Source: Octopus sinensis (taxonomy: Eukaryota). From it: 64,000 nt of DNA. The DNA is taken from contig NW_021834194.1 of the NCBI RefSeq assembly GCF_006345805.1, positions 17,102 to 81,101 of the forward strand, in the 5' to 3' direction. The position numbers and the translations under genes are program-made. Each line of letters begins with the position of its first letter. Within the stretch, counting starts at the first letter, position 1. A model generated the notes under the pieces. That model searched no databases, was not told the origin of the DNA, and saw only the letters and a program-made list of their open reading frames with translations. Shown one piece after another: positions 1 to 13,787 of this stretch.

Positions 1-182
1 TTGCTGTCCGTCGTTAAGAAATGCCAGCCATGGTGACTCTACTATCCTCAGATTCTATCCCTTCAAACTTTGGTTTCCAATATTTTTGTTTTATTCAGCT
101 CGCAAGTTCGTCTGTCCCTTTTAAATGTTAGTGTTTTGCTGTCTGCCTTGAAGCAGACCTTTCCGTTGTCACTGCCTGATAT

Positions 183-1555
183 TTATGATTGATCTTTCAA
201 AATATATTTTTTCTCAAGGAAAAATAAATTATTTTGGTTAATTATTTCCCTGTTATCAGTGAATAATTTAGCTTTCTTGTTTTTGTAAATTATTAATATA
301 GAAGATGTAGACATAGGCAGAGTATTTGTAATGTTGTAGCAATCCTCAATATCAGTATAGTCTTTTAAACTGGGGGTATGTAGCTGGTGGTAGTATGACA
401 GTTTGGGCCAAAAGTCTTTATTTATTTGAATACAATGTGGTTTGCCGCAATAATCTGTTACCAAAATGGTATCTTTACCAACGGAAATAGAGTGGCATTT
501 CCTGCCATTGTCCCTCCTTGTCACACCACCTTTAGCTGAAATCCTATAAATTATTTGTCCCTGGAGGACATAGAAATAATTTTGGTAGAGAGATATTACT
601 TGGGCGGTGCAGAGAATGGGTCTCTACCTCCCATAACTGTTGGCCATCTAGTTTGTAACAGATTACTCTGTTGATGCTGGTGAATGCAATTAAAAGTATA
701 TTCTGAACCCCTACAGCAATATCTGTAGGTGTTTCTTTGGTAATAAATTGACAGTTAATGGTATTATCCTCCCAATCAAATTGGTAAACTGTCTTACCAA
801 ATATTTCTACACCTATAAGTGTAGAATCTTTCAAGTAACTCACCATATGTAACCCCAACTGTATCCTTTTGATCTTGAAGGTTTTAGGGCTGATAATAAC
901 AATAATTTCTTGGAAGGCGAGGGTTGCCAGAACCATGTCTTCACTGATTCTGGTGAAACTAGTCACAGAAGATGGACAATGGACATCGTTTCTGTCACTG
1001 TCTCTTGTTACTAAACTTATTGTCTTATAATGGTGGGAATATTTCGTCACTCCCTCCTCATGATGACAATATTGGATATTGTGCTTTCCTGAAATTCTTC
1101 TCCAGATTCCTCGATATTTGCTTCTCTGGTCATAACTGGCTGAAGAGGCCGAATTTTTGTGGTTATTTTTGGTGGATCAATGGTTTTGTGTTTGTCTTGT
1201 AGAATATTTCTTTGTAAATAGTGTTCCAGGAACAATTCTAATTTTTCCAAACATAAGAAATTCTTGATTGTAATCGTTTTTTTTAAATTTCTTTCATCAG
1301 AATTTCTATTCTCTGTGTAAAATCTTTTAGAAAAGTATTTTTATCCATTCCTATTCTTTTTAAAAAAAGTACATATTTCTTTCCAAGAATTTATCAACAA
1401 ATTAATTTTGTCCTCGTAGGCATTGAATCTTGTATAAAATATATGTTTGTCAAAACTATTTGTCTTCTCATTATTTCCATCTTTTTATGGTCTCCTTTAT
1501 GTCTTTTTTGTTTTGTTGTTGGCTGAGATGAAGCCCGTTTATCGGACATTTCTAT
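183..1555 (-). pseudogene. Frameshifted ORF with a helical N-part and a predicted beta-propeller (NHL-like) C-part, copy 1; 5' end lost at a (GT)n tract
   Basis: ORF pieces 1047-1250, 544-1050 and 183-524 join across frameshifts into beta-strand repeats (TDIAVGVQNILLIAF..RVICYKLDG; SISVGKDTILVTDY). Near-identical to 34555-36071. The fold call is pattern recognition only. Confidence 0.55.
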
Positions 1556-1580
1556 TTTCCAAAAATCAAAGCATGTGTAG

Positions 1581-1618
<38 letters not shown>

Positions 1619-1853
1619 AATACAGTCCATACTTGAAAAAGAGACTTTCTTGTATTGAATTTACAAATGATAGAATACAAATTGACAACTACTGAGTCTG
1701 TTGTCTGATCTTCAATTGATTTAGTCTAATATCTCACTGATTAAATAGATATTAAGTTTTATCCTACAGGAGCAACTGGTTCAACAAATTAAAGTGAAAT
1801 GATTTCATTCAAATATTCAATGTTGTATTTTCAAAAACCAGAACATGTGTTGA

Positions 1854-1907
<54 letters not shown>

Positions 1908-1984
1908 TGTGTGTGTTTAATACAGCTTACTTGGCAAATTTGTTCCTTCATCTGGTACAGCTTATTATAGATATATTTTCAGCC

Positions 1985-3454
1985 ATTTAATTTGGGGGAA
2001 AACTTAGCTATGAAATATTTTTCCATATTCCTCCTGAAAGAGGAATGTTCTTCAGACATTTGTAGAAGGGAAAGATCTTAAATTTTCCTTCTCCACACGT
2101 AGCTAGGTGTGTACTTAGTGGTATCTTGCGTAGTTCTTCCTGCCAAACATGTCGGTGAATCTTGTATCGCTAGCACAAACAATTTCCAGTTTCACCTATG
2201 TAATCCTCCTTGCATGTGGGGCAGGTTATACAGTATATAACGTTCTGCGTCTTGCAGTTCATATCTGCATTTACTTTAAATACGTGACCACTTTAAAATT
2301 TCATCTCTTTGTCTCTTTGTATTTGTAGGTGCGGTTGCTGCAGATCCCATATCTACCATCTCCGCACTCTTTTGCAAAGAATTCAGTTTCAGTTTCTGAA
2401 GAGAATTTCGCTCTTGTTAGGGGTTTCTTTAGGTTTTTGTCCTGTCGTCTACTGTTTTTTATGTAATATTTGTTTAGTATGTTTTCCATTTTGGGGCTTT
2501 GTAAGGCTATTGGCAGGTTTGAATGTATGATTTGGAACATGTTGGTAACTCCAGGATTCTGTATGTTTATAAAAGGGATAATGTTTTCTTTGTTTTTTGT
2601 TTTGGGTGTCCTGAGTTGTGCGATGTCTAGTTTCGTTGCACTTGTGATTCTATTTTCTATTAGTTTAAGGGGGTATTTTTGTTCTGGTAGGAAGTTTTTA
2701 AGTTCATCTAGTCTTATTAGTCGTGTTTGTGAATCAGTTACTAAGCTACATATTCGTCGTGCCATACTATATGGGATGTTTCTTTTGTGGGGGATGGGTG
2801 GCAGGAGTGGAAATTTAAGTATTGGTGTGTGTCAGTTTTTTTGTAGTGGATGTCTGTTGTGATGATGGAGTTGTGTATTTTGATGTTGATATCTAGGAAG
2901 GGAAGTTCGTTGTGGCTGGTATCTATTGTGAAGTTGATAGATGGGTGCAGCGTGTTGAGGATGTTGTGGAATGTTCGTAGGTCTTCTGATCTGTTCCAAA
3001 AGATAAAGCAGTCATCGAGGTAGTGTTTCCACTTTTTCTTGATGTCTTCTCTGGAGTCGTGTTCGAAGACCTTCCCTATTTCATCGTATAGTTTGTTCTC
3101 CAGGAAACCCATCACTAGGTTGGTATATGTAGGTGCAAATTTTGTACCCATAGCCGTGCACTTTATCTGTCGGTATGTCTTGTTGAATGAGAATGTATTT
3201 TCTTCGAGTATTAATTGAGTGGCTTGGGTGATAAAGTTTCTCTTGAAACGTTCGTCTATAAGTTCCCTGTATTTTTCTACCGATTTTTTAATTGCTTCCA
3301 GACCTAGGGTGTGTGGTATGTTTGTGTATTGATTTGTGACATCGAAGCTTGCAAGTATGGTGTTTTTCGGGACTGTATTTGGAATGCATAAAGGCTTGAG
3401 GAGTACATCTATGAAGTAGCTTAGTTGTTGTGTTCGTGCCTGGAGTCCTGCCAC
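1985..3454 (-). mobile_element. Penelope-like retroelement remnant (RT + GIY-YIG endonuclease)
   Basis: ORF 2741-3454 has TAMGTKFAPTY, YLDDCF, LPFLDI and TDIHYKKTDTHQYLNFHSCHP. Downstream on the minus strand is NCKTQNVIYCITCPTCKEDYIG (GIY-YIG). Multiple frameshifts. Confidence 0.9.
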
Positions 3455-3707
3455 TATATATCTTTATATATATATATATATATAATATATAATATATATA
3501 TATATATATATATTATATATAATATATATATATATATATAGTATATATATATATATATATAATAATATATATATAGTATATATATAATATATATAAATAT
3601 ATATATGTAAATATAAAATGGCGGTGCCCCAGCATGGCCACAGCTCATTAGCTGAAACTGGAAAAATCAAAATCAAAATCATATATAAATATATATATGT
3701 ATATATG

Positions 3708-3757
<50 letters not shown>

Positions 3758-3947
3758 TATATGTACATATATATATAATGTATATATATATATATATAAT
3801 ATATATATGTATATATATATGTATATATATATATATATAATGTATATATATATGTATATATATATATATATATACATATATGTATAATATATATATATAT
3901 GTATATATATATATTATATATATATATATATATATCTATATATATAT

Positions 3948-3981
<34 letters not shown>

Positions 3982-4012
3982 ATCTATATATATATATATA
4001 CATATATACATA

Positions 4013-4043
<31 letters not shown>

Positions 4044-4056
4044 CATATATACATAT

Positions 4057-4115
<59 letters not shown>
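3455..4115. repeat. Long imperfect (AT)n microsatellite with a short SINE-tail insert at about 3615-3680
   Basis: Direct reading; source of the spurious IYIY ORFs. Confidence 0.95.
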
Positions 4116-4116
<1 letters not shown>

Positions 4117-4959
4117 TAGCAGAATTGCCCGGCGTTGCTCGGGGCTGAATTGCTTGAAAGTACTGTTAATGATTGCACTGAATTATGATGATTATTCAGG
4201 CAAATATTGATATAAGTTTACGGTGGGAGATAAGGACTTAACGATCAAACGTGTGCCATTGCATTGTTTTGAGGGAACCAAATATCTGATGAGCATTATA
4301 GGGCACCAACTTTAAGTTTGAGAAAGTGTGCTGGTAGTCCGGGGTGCTCAAAGGAATTGAGTACCTCTATTGGATAGCTGATGACGTCCTCTGGGTCAGG
4401 AGTTGTATCGATAGACTGATATACATAGACTTCCCCAGGAATGAGTTTTAGCATTTCATCATTAATATGGTGAACAGTTTTATTCCTCGGGGCCAGTATA
4501 GCCTTTTGGCCAATCCAATCCATATTCTGATAATTAGCTTGTAGATCTGGGAACACTGCATCTCTGAGATCAGAAGGCGTCTTAACAAAGGTACAAATGG
4601 AATCGATGGCAATATTACCAGTTTCATCCCCTGGTATTTTGTCTTCGCCAAGTGCAAGGAGGGTGTGAGGAAATGCTGCTGATGTGATATTACGTCGCAT
4701 ATGAGCACGCATATTGGTGTGAAGTTTGAGAGTTACTTCCCTTTATTTAAAAAATATGCATTAAAATGGAAAAAATGATGGTAAATTATTTGTAAAATCG
4801 TAGTCTCATCGTAGACGCGCGCTAATACCCAGAAGGGCTCGATATGAATCACGACTATAAGATACCCGGTTTTGGTTAAACTGCATCGCAAAATGTGGGA
4901 GTAGTTAGGAATCTAAATCGGAGTAGACAGACACACAACCTTTCTTTTATATATAAAGA
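4116..4959 (-). mobile_element. Non-autonomous Helitron carrying a PIF1-type helicase fragment
   Basis: On the minus strand it starts TC (4959) and ends CCCGAGCAACGCCGGG hairpin..CTAG (4116), between A and T. ORF 4296-4712 (AILAPRN, YQSIDT, EVLNSFEHPGLPAHFLKLKVGA) matches Helitron helicase motifs. Confidence 0.85.
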
Positions 4960-5640
4960 TTTTCGTCCTAAAAAACTTTGTATGGATTGAATGGTTACCT
5001 CTATAGAAATTTATACACGCACATTATACATACATGTGTGTAAAACAATAAATAAATGCATTTAAATATCTATATACACTTTTGGGCGATCTTTCTTTTT
5101 CTTAGAGATAACTTTAGATCTTATTTTCGTCCTAAAAAACTTTGTATGGAATGAATGGTTACCTCTATGGAAATATATACACACACGTTATACATACATG
5201 TGTGCATAGATGAATATATAAATACATTTATATATCTATATACACTTTTGGGCGATCTTTCTGCTACTTAGAGATAACTTTAGATCTTATTTTCGTCCTA
5301 AAAAACTTTGTGCGGAGTGAATGGTTACGTCTATGGAAATATATACACACACATTATACATACATCTGTGTATAGATGAATATATAAATACATTTAAATA
5401 TCTATATACACTTTTGGGCGATCTTTCTGCTACTTGGATATACTTTAGATCTTATATTCGTCCTAAATAACTTTGTATGGAGTGAATGGTTACCTCTATG
5501 GAAATATATACACACACATTATACATACAGCTGTGTTTAGATGAATATATAAATACATTTAAATATATATATACACTTTTGGGCGATCGTTCTGCTACTT
5601 GGATATACTTCAGATCTTATATTCGTCCTAAAAAACATTG
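4960..5640. repeat. Tandem array of ~165-bp units, about 4.2 copies
   Basis: The TT(A/T)TTCGTCCTAAA anchor recurs at 4960, 5124, 5290, 5455 and 5620. Confidence 0.9.
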
Positions 5641-6401
5641 TATGAATTGAAAAAGAAAATGAATTGAAATTTTTAAGAAAGGAATTTGTTTACATACATG
5701 TGTGAAATGGCAAATGTTTGTGCAGTTGTCCGAAATGGAACCAGGGTAAATGTGTGGAACTGATGTATAATAATGAATAGTCCTTCTTGTTGTGAATATT
5801 AATTTGATGAATATGAACTGAAAACCAGTGGTTTAGCAAAAAGGATGACCAGTCTGACTGGCTCATCCCTGTCACACACTCACACACAAGCACGCACACA
5901 CACACACACACGCACCCTCACACACATACACACGCACACACACACACACTCACACACCCGAACACACACACGTTAGCTTACAATTTTATTTATATATTTG
6001 CGTGTCTATGTGTGTAAAGAGGAAATGGGAGTAATATGCAGAGTAAAGGCTTTGAAGTGAAATTGTAGTTTTCTCGAATTTTTTCTGAAATGGGGGTGAA
6101 ATTGAAAGAAATTTTGTATGTCATGACCGAATGGAAGTACTTTGAAAAATTATAGGTAAACTCTAATTGAAGAAATTGTGTGAGGAGTAAATCGTTATGT
6201 ATTTATTTGTTTCTGTTTGCTGTGGTTTTTTTTTTAGTAGTGGTTTAAGTTACACTTGCAAAGAGAAAGTATGAGAAATTATGGTGATAGCATGAGTGAT
6301 CCGTTTTATATAAATACTTTCACTGTAATCGTTGCACACTTGCAAAGAGAAAGGAGGAGAAATTAGGGTGATAGCATGAGTGAAGCAGATCGCTCCGTTT
6401 T

Positions 6402-6432
<31 letters not shown>

Positions 6433-6673
6433 GTGCTGTAGCCCACACTAAGAAAAGCACTTCACTTACACACCACAATGTGAGTTTTCTCGAAATTTTG
6501 CTTAATTGGGGTTGAAATTTGAAAAACTGTACCTGGCATGACCCGATTTATTCTACTCTTAAAAATGCTAGGTAAATTGTAATTGAAGAAATCCTATATT
6601 GTAGATTTCTATAAGAGACAAAGGGAGGCAGATAAAATCTGCCTTTTATAACAAGATATATATATATATATAT

Positions 6674-6723
<50 letters not shown>

Positions 6724-6984
6724 AGGGAGAAGAGCAGTTAAAGCCAACTCCATGCGTGTTGAATGGCTGTTGGTATTCAAATATAGAAAAAAACAAGGAC
6801 ATTTCTCCTTGGTACCAGAAACGATGTAAGGCAGGTGAGATAAATGAAGTCTATTTTATGGTCAGTGTGGTCAATACAAAACTAGTTTCCCTTTTTATGT
6901 ACAAACTAAATAAATCAATCTTAGAAGAAAATTCATTTAATTTAGAATCACATTCTACGATCTTCATTTGCATATACCTTATTT

Positions 6985-7755
6985 TATGAAGAAATATAAC
7001 TATGAAATATATTTACCTTCATTAAAGGTTACCGTAGACTACCCCTCTAAACACCACAGTAATAGATTCCCTGTCCTAGATACTGAGCTGTGGATAGAAA
7101 ATACAATGATTAACGGAACTGTTAATCCCTGTTTACCCCACTCACACTTTTGTAAACCTATGGCTAATCTACTGGTAATCCGTAGTGACTCAGTGATGTC
7201 AAGTTCTACCAAAATCAACATTCTCTTGGCAGACTTAGAGTAATGAGGAATGTATCCCCACTATGCCAACCACAAAAAGGACAAGAACATATCCCGCACT
7301 ACATATTCCGAATGCAACGCTCCGGATACACGAAATATGATAGAATCAGCGTATACAAAGGAGCGAAAACAAGATTCGAACGCAACCTATACCGCAACCT
7401 ATAGGTTAGAGAGGGACACCAACAAAAGAAATAAAAACAATACTTAGTATGATAACAAGAAATTTCACAGTGTAATGTTTGTTGACGCCACACCTAAGAA
7501 CGAATTAAGTAAGGCATTCAAGAAAATCCTGGCCTTAAGATCAAAGTTGTAGAAAAGACAGGTAGGACTATCAAATCTGTATTATGTAGATCATATCCAT
7601 TTGAAAGAATCACTAGTCAAAATAATTGTGCAGTATGTTCTACAAACCCACATGTGAACTGCAAAACCAAGAGCACTGTATACCAGATTAAGTGCCATAG
7701 TGTCAAATGGATGGACTGGTGAGATGTCACTGGATTTGATGTTTGGGTGGTAGAA
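6985..7755 (+). mobile_element. Degraded Penelope-like element (RT thumb, linker, start of GIY-YIG)
   Basis: NRFPVLDTELWI, CKPMAN, STKINILLADL, VMFVDATPKNEL and CKTKSTVYQIKC across broken frames. Confidence 0.7.
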
Positions 7756-7757
7756 TC

Positions 7758-8460
7758 TCAGATCGCAGAGAACCATGTATGGTCTGAAAGTGGTGGTGTT
7801 TTTTCCACTGCAATATAGAGGATATTGTCTGTGTGGTTACTGAACACCAGGTCCAAGGTGTTTTTGAGACACCTTGTTGGTACACAAACAATTTGGGCCA
7901 GAAAAATCACGGGCATGAAATCAAAAATCAATTCAATTGCTCCCTTATCAGGGGTTGAGGTGGAAAAACCTGGTTTCAAGCTGTTTGTGGACCAGTCAAC
8001 CCTGGGAAGGTTGAAGTCCGCCATCATTAATATGTTGTCAGCATGACACTGATGGACGAAACAAACACCTAATGCTGTTGAGACATTCCTTGAAGCGTAG
8101 AAAAGGAGTTAGGGGTGGCCTATAGAGCCCAAACACTATTAAATTGTTGGTTTTACTAAACACAGAAGCTGCTTCACTGTAGCCATTGCCTCAGCCGAAA
8201 AAGAATCGTACACGAAAATGGCGGTCCCACCCTTTCTTCTGCCGACATGATCTGCACGGATGGCAGTAAAATTCTTCACTCTCACTTCAGCTTCCAAGTG
8301 GAGGTTATTGAAAGGGGTCTCTGTGAGGATGAAAAAAGGAATATCGTGTGGATGGTCATTAACCCAGTCCTCAATAAATTGGATCTGCCATTTCTGGGCA
8401 TTAGTGGAAGTGCTGATGCCTTGTGCATTGAACAAAAATGTTGAGGCGACAGTGGTGACT
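7758..8460 (-). mobile_element. LINE APE-type endonuclease remnant (CR1/L2-like)
   Basis: LFNAQGI, FILTET, RADHVGRRKGGTAIFV, ADFNLPRVDW, PTRCLKNTLDLVFSN and SDH motifs in ORFs 8139-8567 and 7758-8027. Confidence 0.8.
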
Positions 8461-9679
8461 GATGTTGATTGTTTTGGCGATTTGCTTGTTAATGACAGCA
8501 GTGGGAGTTTGTGTATTTTCCCATTATATGCCAAGTTGGATGGGTAACATTGCAAGCAAGCAAGCAAGACTGAAACTGACTTTTAATGTATTATAAGATG
8601 TTCAGATGTAGGTAACATTCAGATGTAGATATGAATAAAGTTTACTCTCAAATGTTAATAGGAACCGAATTAAACAAGTTTCGCGTAACTTGGAGCAGTA
8701 GTTATTGAGATATTCAGGGTTTGGGGTTTAAATATCCAAAACGGTGCATAATGTGAAAATGCTCCGAATTTAACTTCATCCTGAAAGAAAAGAGACCCTA
8801 ACCTTTCGATTAGACAGTGATTTGACGACGAAAAAAATACGATTTGTTTTATTTACAGTGAATATATATATACATACAATATTCAACAGAGTAACAGTCA
8901 TATATACAACTTGAACAGACACACGTATCAGCACATAAACATAAGTTTACATATACTAAACATATACATACATGCAGACACGTCTACACACATAAGTAAA
9001 TACTCACATACAAACATACATACATACAGATTTGGCTGCTATTTTTAGCACGTCCCGTTACTACGCAACATCAATTTGTGATACAAGACCGACATACCTG
9101 TTACGTGGTAGCACAGCATGCGAAAATAGATGCCAAATCTTTCCTTTTCTGGGGGAAAGGAGTCGTTTGCGCGTGGTTTCAATGTCATTCGTTGAAAGCA
9201 TGCGAAATAACTTGGAAAAGAAAAAAAACTCACGAAACAAAACTCCGTTGCTGTAACACTGAGTTTCCCGGTGACCCACGGGTAGTCTAGTATTTATATA
9301 AGCACAACTCTGTAACGTGACACACATAAAGAAATAAATCATGTAACGATGGAAACGAATTCACGAAAAGAAAAATAAACACTGTTCAATATGTTTGTTT
9401 AAATACGGTTGTAGAAGTAAAAACAGTCCGAAAGGAAAGATTACCCAAGAAGGGAACATTAAATTTAATCATGACACAACTTTGCCGAAAATTTTAAATA
9501 ATTTTAAAGGGTTTTCTTATTTTCGTGAGAATTTGCAGTTTTCAAGTTCTCTTACCTCTTTCCTATCTTTGCCGCCTCCACTCAATCTCTCTCTCTCTTC
9601 CTCCCCCTCTCTCTCTCTCAATATATTTCATCCCGCTCAATGAATACATCATGGACATTATATCACAATATCCTATGTT

Positions 9680-10001
9680 TTATGTCCACCGTTCCTTTCC
9701 AATACACTTACCCTTTCCTGCCCACCATTCCCATACGTTTTCATACCATGTCGGCTTGTAATAATCGGCAGCGTGTAGCATCGCACAAACACGACACCAA
9801 AATTTGGTATCAATAAATTCTCCTGTTCCTTTCCATTTGAAATACTCATTATAAAGAGTATCATTTTTATCAAGTTCATGCAGATAATCTGCCAATTCTT
9901 TTGGGGATTTGAAATCCTCGTAGTGGATGTACGAATTCTCGGGTGCTACTTCACGATACTCATCAGGATGGGCACCCATTACAATTGGAATAGCATTATA
10001 T
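9680..10001 (-). CDS. FucTA: GT10 alpha-1,3-fucosyltransferase, terminal coding exon B1 (gene 1)
   Basis: Polypyrimidine tract plus AG acceptor at 10002-10003, then A|TAT AAT GCT = YNAIPIVMGAHPDEY..SYIHYEDFKSPKELADYLHELDKNDTLYNEYFKW..FWCRVC, TAA at 9680. Phase matches exon A1. The symbol is family-level (FucTA-like). Confidence 0.9.
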
Positions 10002-10149
10002 CTGCAATAGACAAAAGAAAAGAAAAAACGAAAATACAGCTGCCATAAACAATATTGGAATGAGAAATAATGATTCATGCGAGCAAATTATATATAAATC
10101 ATATATAACGATATCATATAAAGTATCTATCTATCTACATATATATATA

Positions 10150-10330
10150 CTTTATTTAAAAGCAGCAGAAATTTAACAAAACCTGTTACTCGGAGTTTCA
10201 CGTTCTCTCCGAGTAACAGGTTTTGGTGAATTGCTGCTGCTTTTAAATAAAGCATAATACTCTACCCCTGGTATTTGAGTACTCTTTTTTTCCACCTTGT
10301 TTCACATTTATGTGTTTACTCCGGTACATA
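10150..10330. repeat. Short interspersed element with a ~100-bp hairpin (10150-10252); second copy at 26716-26840
   Basis: CTTTATTTAAAAGCAGCAG..CTGCTGCTTTTAAATAAAG inverted arms; shared tail TACTCTACC..TTTACTCCGGTA. Confidence 0.8.
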
Positions 10331-10394
10331 TATATATATACATACACATATATATATATATATATATTATAATATATATATATATATATATATA

Positions 10395-10428
<34 letters not shown>

Positions 10429-10458
10429 TATATAAATATATATATATATATTATATAT

Positions 10459-10591
<133 letters not shown>

Positions 10592-10620
10592 AATATATAT
10601 ATATATATTATAATATATAT

Positions 10621-10663
<43 letters not shown>

Positions 10664-10665
10664 AT

Positions 10666-10708
<43 letters not shown>

Positions 10709-10712
<4 letters not shown>

Positions 10713-11835
10713 AAACAAGTCAAGATAGAAAATGCTAAAATAATTTTATAAAGAACATTTCAGTCCCGGTTTCGGTCATTCGAGACCTTTTCAACTGTAA
10801 CGATTAAATAATTAAATTTAGAAAAATTAAAAGAAAAGTTTTTTTAAAGGAATTTTTGTATAGTGTTCAAATATAAGTGGCATTCTGCCTTTCTCTGTCT
10901 CCCTTGTTTGCATTTGTGTGTTCGTGAATTCTTGGTAGGGTAGAAGAAGAAGAAGGTTGATGAGGAGAGGGGATGGAAAAATTTCGGAGTGCCTTGATGG
11001 TCGTATTTTGAATGGTCAGTGACGGCTAGCAGTTGCAGTTCAATTCAGGAGAATATTTCTATTGAAAGGTTTGTTTATGGAATTTGCGTAGGTGTTATAC
11101 TAAAAAGCATTAGTGATAAAGTTAAGAGGTAGAAGGTGGAGTAGAAGAAGAAGAAGAAGAAGAAGAAGAAGAAGAAGAAGATGAAGAAGAAGATGACGAT
11201 GTTGATGATGATGATGATGAAGAAGAAGAAGAAGAAGAAGGAGAAGGAGAAGATGATGATGATGGTGATGATGATGACGACGATCATTACCATCATCATC
11301 ATCTTCTTCTCCTTCTCCTTTTTCTTCTTCTTCTTCTTCTTCTTCTTCTTCTCCTTCTTCTTCTTCTCCTTCTTCTTCTTCTTCTTCTTCTTCTTCTTCT
11401 TCTACTCCACCTTCTACCTCTTAACTTTATCACTAATGCTTTTTAGTATAACACCTACGCAAATTCCATAAACAAACCTTTCAATAGAAATATTCTCCTG
11501 AATTGAACTGCAACTGCTAGCCGTCACTGACCATTCAAAATACGACCATCAAGGCACTCCCAAATCTTTCCACCCCCTCTCCTCATCAACCTTCTTCTTC
11601 TACCCTACCAAGAATTCACGAACACACAAATGCAAACAAGGGAGACAGAGAAAGGCAGAATGCCACTTATATTTGAACACTATACAAAAATTCCTTTAAA
11701 AAAACTTTTCTTTTAATTTTTCTAAATTTAATTATTTAATCGTTACAGTTGAAAAGGTCTCGAAATGACCGAAACCGGGACTGAAATGTTCTTTATAAAA
11801 TTATTTTAGCATTTTCTATCTTGACTTGTTTTTTC
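10709..11835. repeat. ~1.13-kb near-perfect palindrome with an (AAG)n/(CTT)n core and a hammerhead-like motif in each arm
   Basis: 10709-11140 is the reverse complement of 11400-11835; centre near 11280. Confidence 0.9.
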
Positions 11836-11886
11836 ATATATATCAACTCGTGTGTTCCTTTTCACCCTTATACATATATATATATA

Positions 11887-11981
<95 letters not shown>

Positions 11982-11982
<1 letters not shown>

Positions 11983-12247
11983 GAGGCGCAATGACCCAGT
12001 GGTTAGGGCAGCGGACTCGCGGTCGGAGGATCGCGGTTTCGATTCCAAGGCCGGGTGTTGTGAGTGTTTATTGAGCGAAAACACATAAAAGCTCCACGAG
12101 GCTCCGTCAGGGACTGGTGATCCCTGCTGTACTCTTTCACCACTCTTTCTTCTGTTGGCATGCCCGCTTAGCCAGCGGGGTGGCGCCATTCAAAGGCTAA
12201 AACAATGCGAAGCGCATTGTGACCAGCGATGTGTAAAACATTTGATG
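11982..12247 (+). mobile_element. tRNA-derived SINE (family 1)
   Basis: Head GGAGGCGCAATGACCCAGTGGTTAGGGCAGCGGACTCGCGG..GTTTCGATTCC has A- and B-box-like motifs; homolog at 32393-32668. Confidence 0.8.
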
Positions 12248-12289
12248 TATATATATATATATAAAACTGAGAATGTCTGACTCCCTGTT

Positions 12290-12795
12290 TGAAATGGTTT
12301 GATTAAGCAAAGTATGAACTGTGAACATATTTACATCTCTGCCGTTGATCAAGAAGATTATTTATGCATCGTTGATAAAAAAATATTGGCTTTGATGTTA
12401 AGAAATCTTTGAAAACTGATTCCACCTCTGGTTTGGACCTGAAAGTTTTATCACTTAAAAACCTATTTGAATGATTAAAAAAAAATGGTAGTCAGTGGGT
12501 GAAAGATGAGGAGAATATGGAAGATGCAGTAAAGTCTCGTTTCCCAAGTCTGCGAGTTTTTGCAGCATCATTCCTGCAACATGTGGCTTTGCATTATCTT
12601 TCATGGAGCAGAATTGGGCCATGCCGATTCACCAATGCAGGTCTCATTTTTTTGCAAGTGAGCATGAATTTCAGCGAGTTGATTGCAGTAAACCTCTGCT
12701 GTAAAGCTCTGACTGGCTTCCAGAAAGCTGTAATGGACAACACCAATTGCAGACCAAAAGACAGTCACCATAATCTTTTGCTGATGCAAATTGGA
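12290..12795 (-). mobile_element. Mariner (Tc1/mariner) transposase C-terminal remnant
   Basis: KIMVTVFWSAIGVVHYSFL..FTAEVYCNQL, then DNAKPHVA and PYSPHLSPTDYHFF in a shifted frame. Confidence 0.85.
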
Positions 12796-13707
12796 CCTCG
12801 GCGGAATTTGAACCCAGAGCGTAACAGCAGACGAAACACCGCAAAGCATTTCGCCCAGCGTGCTAACGTTTCTGCCAGCTCGCCGACTTGATAAGGAAGA
12901 CCATATCGACCAGCTGCCCGACATAATTGATATTCCGAATGGCCCTCAACGATCAGTGTTAGTGGAAATGTTGCTTAAAAAAGTTGGTCAACTGTAGCAT
13001 GTTTCTCTTGCTATGACTTCAAGTGGCATTGCAGTCACGCTTTGAAGTTGTCAACAGTCGGTGCCACCGACATGTCCAGGATGAGGGCTGGACGATGAAA
13101 CCGTCCAGCACGCTTTTGTACAATGTCGGGAGCTGTCAAGATTGATAATTTACGTACAACACGTGTTGTCGCATCTGGGGAGAGTACGGCCATCGGCTGA
13201 GTCTATAATAAAGATTGCACCCCCAACTGGACTCTCGAAGGAAGGTGAGGCATGTTTTCTCTGTACACTTGCAGTGTTGAAAGAGTGTTTATGAAGGACA
13301 AGAATGCAAGGATTCGTGGTGAGATCCTTCATCTCTGGCCCTGGTTTGCTACTTTACTTCAGATACCATCTGAAGAGCAAGATAGGGCTGGAAAGAAGAA
13401 TCCTGTCATGAAGTGTGTTCGAGAAATGATGGGAGGCTGTGATGAAAAAGGTGGGCGCTAGAAACCCAACTTAATCAACATTGGAAAAAGAAAGGATTGC
13501 TGCTGAGACTTTCAGGCTGCCAAGCATACCCTTTCTTTGAAATAAAAAAGGTCAACATATATTGTATATAAATGTCCTCTATATATAAATTAATATGTTC
13601 AATAAGAAAGAATTATTTTCGAAATTTTTTCTCTTATGAGGTCTTTCACGCTATCTACCTGATAATTTCTTGTTAAGTTTTCCTTATTAAGAAGTTGTCC
13701 TTAATTG

Positions 13708-13787
<80 letters not shown>

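Noticed and set aside
12499-12924. ORFs 12499-12891 (+) and the N-terminus of 12601-12924 (-) as genes
   Set aside because: Antisense of the mariner remnant plus a SINE head (about 12795-12890).
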